From Promethearchaeota archaeon (GTDB taxonomy: Archaea > Asgardarchaeota > Lokiarchaeia > Sigyniarchaeales > SOKP01): 63,364 nt of DNA. Of this stretch, positions 10,187-19,297 are shown one piece after another; the stretch's first letter is position 1; every line of letters starts with the position of its first letter. The stretch lies in the NCBI GenBank assembly GCA_048938005.1, contig JBHLMQ010000007.1:1-63364 (forward strand), in the 5' to 3' direction. A model generated the notes under the pieces. The model saw nothing but the letters and a program-made list of their open reading frames with translations. It was not told the DNA's origin and searched no databases. A program made the translations under genes and the position numbers.

Positions 10187-10912
10187 TTAGGAAGTCAACT
10201 TATTCAATAATTCTTCCTTCTCTTCCAAACTTAATAGTTTGAAAGTTTTATCTTCCTTTAAAATAAAAGCTATATCACATGTATTTTTATTTAAATTATC
10301 ACCCATTAATTCTTTTAATGTTGTTAAGGGCAATAATTTCAATTCTTCATCACTCATATCTTCTTTATAATGTTCCTCAAGGTAAGCTCTTGCTTCTGCG
10401 GCACCAGAGCCAATAGCAAAAGCTTTATAACCCCACATTGCTCCACTTGGGTCTGTTAAATATAAGGAAGGTTCATTATCCGAATCAATTCCAGCTATCA
10501 GAAAAGAAACACCAAACGGACGAACTCCAGCATTTTGAGTAAAAATTTGTTTATATTCGCAAATATTTAGAGTGCTATCTTTAACAGAAATCTTTTCATC
10601 ATAATTTAATATATTAACCTGAGCTTGAACCCTAGCTCGGTCAATAAGCACTCTCGCATCAGCTGTAAGTCCCGCAATGGCCACTCCAATATGATCATCA
10701 ATTTTAAATATTTTCTCCGAACCCATTGCTTGCTCTTGAAGTTCAGAACTTTTCTTTTCAACCGCAAATACTACTGAATTTTTATTTCTACACACTATTG
10801 CGGTTGTACCTCTTCGGACGGCTTCAATTGCATATTCAACTTGAAAAAGCCGACCCTCAGGTGAAAATTGGGTTATGGCCATATCATAACCTCTTCCTGC
10901 TTGCTGAAACAC
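10187..10912 (-). CDS. psmA: Proteasome subunit alpha
   Basis: GYDMAITQFSPEGRLFQVEYA, GVRPFGVS. Confidence 0.97.
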   Translation of the reverse strand: MFQQAGRGYDMAITQFSPEGRLFQVEYAIEAVRRGTTAIVCRNKNSVVFAVEKKSSELQEQAMGSEKIFKIDDHIGVAIAGLTADARVLIDRARVQAQVNILNYDEKISVKDSTLNICEYKQIFTQNAGVRPFGVSFLIAGIDSDNEPSLYLTDPSGAMWGYKAFAIGSGAAEARAYLEEHYKEDMSDEELKLLPLTTLKELMGDNLNKNTCDIAFILKEDKTFKLLSLEEKEELLNKLTS

Positions 10913-11093
10913 TTAGATCCACCTTAAAAGTTGTTAATATTTATCTATTTATATTATTTTTTATTTTTATTTTACGTTAGTTAAAAAGTAGTAATAAATA
11001 ATATAATAAATATTTTTTTTATATATTTTAAAAAACGGGGATTAAAAATAGATTAAAGAATGTTTATATTAATATTCTTCGTAGCATAATTAT

Positions 11094-11465
11094 TTATGAC
11101 CACGCAACTTTATTTATAAAAATAGACCACTCTAATAAAATCAAGCCTTCATCTCTGGTATGAGCAACTAGATAATCCCCTTCTTTTGTAATCGAACCAA
11201 TGATATTACCTTTCCCAGCACCAATATTTTTTGCAGCCAATTGAATTTCATCATTTTTTAAAATTGCAAATCGATAATTCTGAAATGTAAGAGCAGATTC
11301 TTTTGTTTTCCAAGCGCTTAATATTGCCTTAGCTTCCTCGCTTGATAAAGGGAAATCTTCGGATTTAAATACAATATCTCCTTCGCTATTTAATAGAAAA
11401 ATTTCCTCTACTCCTTCATACTCATTTAGAGCATTAACTAGCTGATTAAATCTTTGTTTTTCCAT
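11094..11465 (-). CDS. Profilin-like protein (Asgard type)
   Basis: 123 aa; pattern IFLLNSEGDIVF...LTFQNYRFAILK...LAAKN..GKGNII recalls Asgard profilins. Confidence 0.65.
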   Translation of the reverse strand: MEKQRFNQLVNALNEYEGVEEIFLLNSEGDIVFKSEDFPLSSEEAKAILSAWKTKESALTFQNYRFAILKNDEIQLAAKNIGAGKGNIIGSITKEGDYLVAHTRDEGLILLEWSIFINKVAWS

Positions 11466-11643
11466 AATTCTCCATCTTTCCCAAAAATCTGTTTTTAATT
11501 TTATTGAAAGATAAAAATTTTGAAATTTAAATCTTTTTAGAACGATAGTTTCTGCATTCTAAAATTTGAGAAAAATATTTTACTTTAAAGATATTAAAAT
11601 ACTTAATTTTTTTTTATAGATATTTGTAATTTAATGTTTTCTT

Positions 11644-12435
11644 ATGGCACAAAAGTTAGTTTTATTTGATAAAATTTATAATGTATCAAACCGAGGAAAG
11701 AAAGAAGATATTTACCTAAGATTTCTTAAATATTTAAAAGAACGTATCAAGGGATTTCCAGACACTTCCATAAATATTAAAAAGTTAAGAAAGTTTGATA
11801 AAAGGTTTGAAATTATCATCAATGGTCCCGAAGAACAGTTCATTTTTAATCTTTTAAAAAAAGAAATCGGGACTATAAATGAATTTAAAGACATTAGGAT
11901 TGGTAAGGAATATCGTGGATCACTTATAGATGTAGGAAAAGTTGGATTTGGATTATTCGTTGATTGTGCTATTTTGAATCCACATGCAGATGTACTTATA
12001 AACCTGCATACTCTGCGAAAACAATTATGTGAAGGGAAAGAGAAATCATTAAAGGAAATTATTGAAGCTTATGATTTTATTGATCATTTTCCTATAAATG
12101 TTAAAATCACTGAAGTAGATACAATCAATAATAAACTTCTTGGTGAGTTAGCGAAAAAGAGTTTAAATTTCTTTAAAAAAATATTGGAAGAGAATATTGA
12201 AGGCGTGTTTTTAAGCGGAGAAACTAAAGGACAATTCAAGAAGGTAATCACTAAAAAAGGACATTTCCGAGATATTATAACTATAAAAAGATTTGGATTT
12301 TTAGAAAACATCGTTTTATTAAAACAGGGATCTGATGCTCCTGGAATTATCTCTCATATTGGCAATGAACTTAGAAATTGTAAATTAAGCGCATTACGTC
12401 CTGAAAAAATAAAAAAACTAGTTTCCAAGAATTAA
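11644..12435 (+). CDS. DUF2110 family protein (S1-like, archaeal)
   Basis: YRGSLIDVGKVGFGLFVD, GHFRDII, DAPGIISHIG. Confidence 0.75.
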   Translation: MAQKLVLFDKIYNVSNRGKKEDIYLRFLKYLKERIKGFPDTSINIKKLRKFDKRFEIIINGPEEQFIFNLLKKEIGTINEFKDIRIGKEYRGSLIDVGKVGFGLFVDCAILNPHADVLINLHTLRKQLCEGKEKSLKEIIEAYDFIDHFPINVKITEVDTINNKLLGELAKKSLNFFKKILEENIEGVFLSGETKGQFKKVITKKGHFRDIITIKRFGFLENIVLLKQGSDAPGIISHIGNELRNCKLSALRPEKIKKLVSKN

Positions 12436-12439
12436 AGAA

Positions 12440-12515
12440 TGGTGGGCCAGGAGAGGATTGAACTCCCGACCTTCGCGGTGTAAGCGCGACGTCATAACCA
12501 CTAGACCACTGGCCC
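12440..12515 (-). tRNA. tRNA-Val(TAC), CCA encoded
   Basis: GGGCCAG acceptor stem; anticodon arm TCGCG-CTTACAC-CGCGA; GTTCAAT T-loop; ends ACCA. Confidence 0.95.
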
Positions 12516-12524
12516 TTAATTAAG

Positions 12525-12607
12525 CGCAATCGGTGGGATTTGAACCCACGCATCCGTTGGACACCGGTTTAGCAGACCGGCGCTCTACCAGGCTAAGCGA
12601 CGATTGC
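12525..12607 (-). tRNA. tRNA-Ser(GCT)
   Basis: GCAATCG/CGATTGC acceptor stem; CCGGT-CTGCTAA-ACCGG; long variable arm; G discriminator. Confidence 0.95.
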
Positions 12608-12724
12608 ACACTTAATTATGATTTGATATGATACAATTTCAATATAACGATTCAAAATTTTAATATTTTATTATAAGCATCAAAAAAATAAAGGATAAAG
12701 TAAATTTAAATTATTGAATTTAAA

Positions 12725-13240
12725 TTATTCAGATATTATTTCGAAGACCATTTTCTCAATGATAGGTTTTTTTGTATACCGCTTGTCGTAGTACCAGCCA
12801 ACAAGATGCGCTTTTTGCTCTGGAGTTTTATCTGGAACTGGTGGAATTACTATTATCATAACACCATTTGATAAATATTTTAATATTCGTTTATCAATTG
12901 TGTGAAGTTTTTCATTTCCTGAAGGGTGACTATGCCACATATAGACAATATCCACTCCCATTTCAGCTTTAAACTTACGCATGTTATAAATTTTAGATTT
13001 TTTGTACCGCATCCAACTTCTTGGTTTTACATGGACTTTACTTTTATGTAAATCAGGATTCATAATAAATTTTGTACAGATTCCGAAGTTTTCTTTTCTA
13101 TCGGCAAAGAGCCATCCATGAACTATATGGGGATACTCCTCTGCAGCTTTTTGGGTAATCTCTTTGAATAAACTTTCCGGTATTAAGTAGCGAAAATCCT
13201 TTGCCCCACTCATTTCTTCACCATCTCTTTTTAGTGTCAA
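12725..13240 (-). CDS. JAB/MPN (Mov34) domain protein, atypical
   Basis: WHSHPSGNEKLHTID = HxH-x10-D; start may be the ATG at 13213. Confidence 0.7.
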   Translation of the reverse strand: MTLKRDGEEMSGAKDFRYLIPESLFKEITQKAAEEYPHIVHGWLFADRKENFGICTKFIMNPDLHKSKVHVKPRSWMRYKKSKIYNMRKFKAEMGVDIVYMWHSHPSGNEKLHTIDKRILKYLSNGVMIIVIPPVPDKTPEQKAHLVGWYYDKRYTKKPIIEKMVFEIISE

Positions 13241-13389
13241 TGTAGCATAAAATTTATATTTTACTTATAATTACGGTGGAGCGCAAGAGTGAAGAGAGAA
13301 AAATAAAAAAAAATTTAATTCAGTAAATATACTCTAATTTAATACCCATAATTTATAAATAATTCAATAACTGTATAACTTATAATCAA

Positions 13390-13494
13390 GCAGACGTAGC
13401 CTAGTTGGTAAGACGCCGGCCTTGAGATTTTTATGATCTGAGCAAGTTAGCCGGTGCGCGTAAGCGCTCGGGGGTTCGAGTCCCTCCGTCTGCG
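13390..13494 (+). tRNA. tRNA-Ser(TGA) with 22-nt intron at 37/38 (13427-13448)
   Basis: GCAGACG/CGTCTGC acceptor stem; CCGGC-CTTGAG[intron]A-GCCGG; BHB helix CTTG/CAAG; long variable arm. Confidence 0.9.
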
Positions 13495-13528
13495 TTTATT
13501 TATAATATTATGGGGAAATTTACATCAC

Positions 13529-13632
13529 GGGCTATTGGCGCAGGCAGGTAGCGCAACCGGCTCTTAACCGGCAGGTCGGGGGTTCAATAGGATGCGTGAT
13601 TCGCGCTCCATGAGCATATCCCTCATAGCCCG
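13529..13632 (+). tRNA. tRNA-Lys(CTT) with 30-nt non-canonical intron at 58/59 (13588-13617)
   Basis: GGGCTAT/ATAGCCC acceptor stem; CTCTTAA anticodon loop; T-loop TTCAA[intron]AT; BHB helix GTTC/GAGC. Confidence 0.88.
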
Positions 13633-13684
13633 CAAATATTTTTAAACTGAATAATTTTAAGGCTTTATATTAGCTGAAAAGATG

Positions 13685-14575
13685 TTATAAGTATTGAAAA
13701 ACCACTTCAAAGTCTGAAAAATCAAATGGTTTTAGAATATATCCATCAGCTTTGGTTTCACTCATCTTTTTTTCTACTTCTGAACCAGGGATTGCGGTTA
13801 ATAAATAGATGGGTATTTCGTTATATTTCTTATGATCTTTAATCATCTTACAGATCTCATAGCCAGAGATGTCCGGTAATATGATATCTAATAAGATTAG
13901 TTTCGGAATACCACCCCTCAGTTCCTCTAAGCCTTTTGTTCCGCTCACTACTCCCTTACATTTGAAATCCCTACTTTCGAAATAACTCGTGAGCAAGTGT
14001 ATAGTTGCTAAATCGTCCTCTATCAGGAGGATATCATACTGAGGAGGAGGTTCTACTAGAGCAATATTATCTAAGATGTTAATAATTTTGTTTTCAAGAA
14101 GTAAGCTTTGATCGAAGATGTTCTTAATTTTCACTAATACTTCTTCATCCAAATCATCTTTATAATTTTCTAAAAGTAATTGGCTAAATCCTTTTATTGT
14201 AGTAAGTGGTTCTTTTAATGCATGAGAGATATTAGAAATTGTTTTTTCGTCCATTCTTTGTAAACCCTCACCAAATAGATCTGATTTTTTTTCGATATAA
14301 TAATCAACACTCTCTCTAATCAGAGCAGAAATAGTTGAATATTCATGTGAGTCCTTAAAATCTTGCCAACGTTGTTTTTTTTCTTCAGATATATATAATG
14401 AAATTCTTTCTTTATCTCTATCATAAATTTTTTCACCTTTTAACCATTTTTTAAATCCTTCTGTAATAGATCCACGCCAAATTGCATACTTGTCAGTTTC
14501 CTCCTGATATTCTTTCATCAATATCTTAACTTCTTTACTTTCCAAATCTAGTTTAGCGATTTCCTCATCAGTCAT
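13685..14575 (-). CDS. Response regulator: N-terminal domain + RHH-like + HisKA + receiver
   Basis: ERISLYISEE..ISALIRESV (RHH-like); ISHALKEPLTTIKGF (H-box); LIEDD, ILLDIILPDISG, YILKPF (REC). Confidence 0.8.
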   Translation of the reverse strand: MTDEEIAKLDLESKEVKILMKEYQEETDKYAIWRGSITEGFKKWLKGEKIYDRDKERISLYISEEKKQRWQDFKDSHEYSTISALIRESVDYYIEKKSDLFGEGLQRMDEKTISNISHALKEPLTTIKGFSQLLLENYKDDLDEEVLVKIKNIFDQSLLLENKIINILDNIALVEPPPQYDILLIEDDLATIHLLTSYFESRDFKCKGVVSGTKGLEELRGGIPKLILLDIILPDISGYEICKMIKDHKKYNEIPIYLLTAIPGSEVEKKMSETKADGYILKPFDFSDFEVVFQYL

Positions 14576-15179
14576 ACTTTTTCTTTCATTATTTAATTCT
14601 TTATCTTGCTCATTCCTTTTAGAGTGATTGTTTTTGTTTGAAATTTTTTCATCCCTCTTTTTTTTATCAAATACCCATTATTTTGTAAAAATTAAGTAAT
14701 ATTTATACAAAATTCCTTTCAATATTTAGATTTCATATAACAATAGTATACATTAATGTGTAATTTTTTATCCATTTATAAATCTTTTTCGTTATAAAGG
14801 GATTGTGTTATCGAGATTATGCCCAAATATTTTAAATATTAATTTGTTATTTCTTATACCATTATTGCACATTATAAGTTTTGCTTGAAACCAATATAAA
14901 AAAATTATTATTTAATGTTTTTTGATTTTTTTTATTTATTTATAAACGTAAATTTTTGTGTTAAAAAAATTTAAATTTCATTCTTTATTGTTCTATTATC
15001 CGACAAATTTGATAAATGTTATTTATATCTATGTTGGTTCTTACAACAAAATATATATATGGATATTATATAGATTTTATAAAAACTCTCTAATAATTTT
15101 TATTAACAAAATATTTCACACACGAGACTTACACATATATTTAAGCATAAGTAATGCATATTTAAGAAATGGTTATGAC

Positions 15180-15195
15180 GAAAAGATTTATATAT
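15180..15195 (+). promoter_or_regulatory. Candidate BRE/TATA upstream of tfb
   Basis: GAAAAGA-TTTATATA about 115 nt before the ATG; AT-rich background makes this weak. Confidence 0.3.
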
Positions 15196-15308
15196 GACCT
15201 TGCGAATTATTATAACAACAAATAAAGGTTTTTACAACAAAAAGAATTTTTCCATGTGGTGTGTGTTCAAAAAACTAAAATTTTACATTTTTATTAGGGT
15301 TTTGGTTC

Positions 15309-16205
15309 ATGGTTGTTGAAATATCACCTCAAACAGGCTCTTGCCCTGAGTGTAGGGGTTCCACAATTGATAGTCATCAAAGAGGGGAGATTGTTTGTCA
15401 GCATTGTGGTTTGGTAATTTCCGAGAAGGCAGTAGATATCACTCACAGTGGTATAAGGGCTTATTCAAAACAAGAGAAAGATAAAAAAGAAAGAACGGGA
15501 TGCCCAATTTCAATTTTAATGCCCGATATTGGTCTTAGTACAATCATTGATAGGACAAAAATAAAGAATCCTGATTTAAGAAGGGCAGCAAAATGGAATA
15601 CTCATTTATCTTGGGAAAAGCGAAATATGCTTATTGCCATAACTGAATTAAAGAGAATCGGCAGCAATTTAAATTTTCCAGAGAGAGTAAAGAAAGCAGC
15701 TGTTCGCCTTTATAAAGAAGTATTTAAAAAGAATCTCCTAAGGGGCAGATCTATAAATGGTATGATTGCTGCGTGTGCATATTATGTATGTAAGCAAGAA
15801 AAGGTTCCTATTACACTTCAAGAAATCTTAGATGAAGCCTCAATAAACGATAATATTGTAAAAAAATGCTATAAGATCTTGGTAAGAGAATTAAATTTGA
15901 AATCACCACATATTGATCCCGTATCCCTTATACCACGCTATTGTGCCGATTTAGGGCTAAATATCAATGTAGAGAAGCAATCCATAAAGATGTTAAAAAG
16001 TTTCATTGAAAATACGTCCATATGTGGTAAAGATCCAAAAGGGTTGTGTGCAGGAGTGATTTATTTAGTTTCGAAGTTGAAGAATTACAAGGTAAGTCAA
16101 AAAGACATTTCAAAAGTAATAGGAGTCACTGAGGTGACACTTCGCTCAAGGTATAAGGAATTTTTACAAAGTATAACATTTAATTTCAATGTAAATTTTC
16201 ATTAA
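15309..16205 (+). CDS. tfb: Transcription initiation factor IIB
   Basis: CPEC..GEIVCQHCGLV zinc ribbon, two cyclin repeats (LLRGRS, GKDPKG), GVTEVTLRSRYKE. Confidence 0.96.
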   Translation: MVVEISPQTGSCPECRGSTIDSHQRGEIVCQHCGLVISEKAVDITHSGIRAYSKQEKDKKERTGCPISILMPDIGLSTIIDRTKIKNPDLRRAAKWNTHLSWEKRNMLIAITELKRIGSNLNFPERVKKAAVRLYKEVFKKNLLRGRSINGMIAACAYYVCKQEKVPITLQEILDEASINDNIVKKCYKILVRELNLKSPHIDPVSLIPRYCADLGLNINVEKQSIKMLKSFIENTSICGKDPKGLCAGVIYLVSKLKNYKVSQKDISKVIGVTEVTLRSRYKEFLQSITFNFNVNFH

Positions 16206-16454
16206 GCTAGATTTTTCTTTTCCAAAATAAACTGTTAAGGGTTGAGAGGGTGCAATCTCTTAATTTCTTTAACATTTTTGTTACATACTTTTGATATTTG
16301 AAATTACAATGATGAAATTATAGAGTTAAAGAAAAAACCAAGAAAATAGAAAAAAATTTATTCTACTCTTTACATCATCAATAAGATTTATATTATATAC
16401 AACATACTTTTTTGTTAATTTCTAATAAATTTATTGTGTAGAGGGAAAGATTAA

Positions 16455-16844
16455 ATGAGTCCAGAAATATTAAAAACGTTAAAAATTACAGTTCTTATAC
16501 AATTTGTAATGTTTCTTTTATTCGGGATTTTACTTACATTCTTCGTTGACTTTTTTGTAGGTTTATTTAATTGGCCCGGCTGGGACCTTACAGCAGGTAG
16601 ATACATTGGAATTATTTATCTATGCTTTGCGTTTGTATCATTTTTAGTTTATAGAGAAGATGAATGGGAGAAAATTGAATTAGTAATAGTTTTAGATATC
16701 CTTATATGTGTATTAGGAGCAATTATTCATTTATTGGGAGTCTTCCTTGATGCAACTGGTTGGGCAGGTTGGCTTTTTTTCGCTATCCACTTAGCATTTT
16801 TTGTAGCATTTTTGTACTTCTATATTCAACAGGTAAAACGATAG
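16455..16844 (+). CDS. Four-TM membrane protein, unknown function
   Basis: Four hydrophobic segments; purine-rich RBS-like sequence upstream. Confidence 0.75.
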   Translation: MSPEILKTLKITVLIQFVMFLLFGILLTFFVDFFVGLFNWPGWDLTAGRYIGIIYLCFAFVSFLVYREDEWEKIELVIVLDILICVLGAIIHLLGVFLDATGWAGWLFFAIHLAFFVAFLYFYIQQVKR

Positions 16845-17076
16845 AGTTTGAATTTATAATTTAATTTAAACTTTTTATTTTATACTTAATTTTTACGATT
16901 TGTACTTATCAGTTTTGTAATACGAAATTACTTAAATAAAATATAAACATTAATTAAAGTATAATATTAGTAGAAAACCTCTTGTAAATAATCCACAAAT
17001 GATGAAGAATATAAATAATTTACAGATGGGCAGTATAATAATTAATTAAGAAGTAGAGTTTTTTAGAAAGAGAATG

Positions 17077-17808
17077 CTAATTCTGGTGGCCGGTTCTCCT
17101 AGCTGCTATTTGCCCAACTTTTCTACCTGGAGGACGATCTCTGCTAGTTGTAGTGGATTTATGAGGAGATTGCTTGGCACCTCCTCCATACGGATGAGAC
17201 ACAGCATTCATAGCAACCCCTCTAACTACAGGCCATTTTTTCGCTTTTGATTTTTTATAATGAAATTTATTACCTGCTTTTAAGAATGGTTTATCCGTTC
17301 TCCCCCCACCAGCTACAACACCGACCGTAGCTAAGCAATTCTGGTTAATCCATTTTGTCTTTTTTGATCGAAAGAGAAGTTCAACTTTATTTCCAGATTT
17401 ATTTCTTACTATTGCCGCAACGCCAGATGCCCTTGCGAATTTACCTCCGTCTTGAGGAGTGGCCTCTATATTAAATACTAATGTCCCGATAGGTATCTTT
17501 TTTAGAGGTAAAATATTCCCAACTTCTATAGACTGCCCATATCCTGTTTTGGATTGTAAAAATTCTTGTCCAATAAAAATTCCTTCTGGAGGGAGCCATA
17601 AAGTTTTTTCTTTTGTATCCTCAAATTGTATAAGAGCCACAGGAGCACCTCTTCCGGGAGAATGGATGAGATCTATTACTTTAAATTTAAATAATTTCTC
17701 ATTTTTTTTGAATGGACGATATTTCACTTCTCCTACATGTCTATGACTTGGAGATCTAAAACCAAGAACGCCTCTGCCTTTTCTTTGGGCTAGAATTCTT
17801 TTTCCCAT
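17077..17808 (-). CDS. rpl2: 50S ribosomal protein L2 (uL2)
   Basis: MGKRILAQRKG, WPVVRGVAMNAVSHPYGGG, PPGRKVGQIAARRTG. Confidence 0.98.
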   Translation of the reverse strand: MGKRILAQRKGRGVLGFRSPSHRHVGEVKYRPFKKNEKLFKFKVIDLIHSPGRGAPVALIQFEDTKEKTLWLPPEGIFIGQEFLQSKTGYGQSIEVGNILPLKKIPIGTLVFNIEATPQDGGKFARASGVAAIVRNKSGNKVELLFRSKKTKWINQNCLATVGVVAGGGRTDKPFLKAGNKFHYKKSKAKKWPVVRGVAMNAVSHPYGGGAKQSPHKSTTTSRDRPPGRKVGQIAARRTGHQN

Positions 17809-17938
17809 TTACTTCACGATTTTTTCTGTGTATGAACCTAAATTATTCAAACTTTAAATTTTTTATCATTTTCGTTGAAAATTTATAGTTTATTGAAAAT
17901 CATGATTTTTCAGTATAATAAAACGTGATTTAAGTAGT

Positions 17939-19297
17939 TTAGAGCTTATTATTTTTAAGTAACTCATCAATATTATAATTGAAAGCAATTGGGATTTCTC
18001 TGTCAATAAATTCACCAGCGATATTTTTCATTAATAGGTCTTTAATTTCTATTGGATCGCTAGTTTGTCCTAAAACCCAGCCTAGTTTTACATATCCAAC
18101 CTCTGGTAATAGATTTCTTCCTGGAATTACACCTATATTTTGCAATTCTCGTCCTGTAGAGTATACATTCATACCTACAAAACCATGAAGGGTTTGTGTA
18201 GTCATAAGAATGGTGATACCTTCTTGGACGGCTCTTTCTATTGAATCATAAATAGTGGTGGGTAGATGTCCTAATCCAGTTCCAGCAAATACAATTCCTT
18301 TATATCCTTTATCAATATAAAAATCAATTAGCTCATTATCTATTTCAGGATAAGAATATATTAAGGCGATTTTCTTTTCGAATTTAGTTATTGCCACAGT
18401 TTTTGATTTTGATCTTTTTCGATAATCTTGAGTAAACATTTTTATTTCTCTATTTTTTACCATTCCAAGAGGAATACTATTTATTGTTCGAAATGTGTTT
18501 CTCACAGATGAGTGCATTTTTCTTACTAAAGTACCTCGATGGATTAAACCATAATCATGAGATGTAGATCCAAGCATTGAAACAACCACTTCAGCGATAT
18601 CTGAGGTACATACTACAGCAGCATTAATTAAATTTAAAGCAGCATCAGAAGAGGGTCTATCGGAGCTTCTTTGACTCCCAACTAATACAACTGGGATTGA
18701 TAAATCTTTTAACATAAATGATAAAGCAGCGCTAGTAAAAGACATTGTATCCGTACCATGTCCAATCATAACACCATCAATTCCGGAATTCGCTGCTTCT
18801 GCGACTTTTTTCGCTAATTTTTGCCAATATTCATGTTTCATATTTTCTGACAAAATCTCAAAAACCATCTCACATTCAAGGTTACATACTTCTGCTAATT
18901 CTGGGACAGCACTAAATAATTCTCCTGGTGTGAAAGAGGGAATTACCGCTCCTGTCGTATAATCTAATCTTGAAGCGACTGTTCCACCAGTTCCTAATAA
19001 TGTAACTTTAGGGAGGTTTTTGTTAATTGGAAATTTCTTTTCAGGGATTTTATAGGAAGCTTCTCTTTTTCCAATTTTTATGATTTCTTCTACGTCAGAT
19101 ACTTTTATTCCGATGTTATAATTATTCTCTAATTTAATATTTATGAAATTTGGGGCGGAATATTCGCTTCTGGGTAAAATTATCCCTTCATAACTGGTTT
19201 TTTCTGTTTTAATTTGAACGATATCCCAAATTTCTATATTATATTTTTCTAAGAGTTTTTTTCCTTCTACTTTATAACCTTTTAATTGTTCATTCAT
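17939..19297 (-). CDS. gatD: Glu-tRNA(Gln) amidotransferase subunit D
   Basis: TGGTVASRLDY, HGTDT, GSQRSSDRPSSD; adjacent to gatE. Confidence 0.97.
   Translation of the reverse strand: MNEQLKGYKVEGKKLLEKYNIEIWDIVQIKTEKTSYEGIILPRSEYSAPNFINIKLENNYNIGIKVSDVEEIIKIGKREASYKIPEKKFPINKNLPKVTLLGTGGTVASRLDYTTGAVIPSFTPGELFSAVPELAEVCNLECEMVFEILSENMKHEYWQKLAKKVAEAANSGIDGVMIGHGTDTMSFTSAALSFMLKDLSIPVVLVGSQRSSDRPSSDAALNLINAAVVCTSDIAEVVVSMLGSTSHDYGLIHRGTLVRKMHSSVRNTFRTINSIPLGMVKNREIKMFTQDYRKRSKSKTVAITKFEKKIALIYSYPEIDNELIDFYIDKGYKGIVFAGTGLGHLPTTIYDSIERAVQEGITILMTTQTLHGFVGMNVYSTGRELQNIGVIPGRNLLPEVGYVKLGWVLGQTSDPIEIKDLLMKNIAGEFIDREIPIAFNYNIDELLKNNKL

Noticed and set aside
12371-12553. 60-aa minus-strand ORF
   Set aside because: Overlaps the tRNA-Val and tRNA-Ser genes; spurious.
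12440-13632. tRNA cluster as an integration site for a mobile element
   Set aside because: No integrase and no duplicated tRNA 3' end seen in the window.
14576-14676. Open frame extending upstream of the response regulator across an A8 run (possible slippage)
   Set aside because: The extension is low-complexity and a homopolymer miscall is equally likely; cannot be supported.
14958-15197. 79-aa ORF upstream of tfb
   Set aside because: Low-complexity I/Y/F/K composition expected from AT-rich promoter DNA; no RBS or motif.
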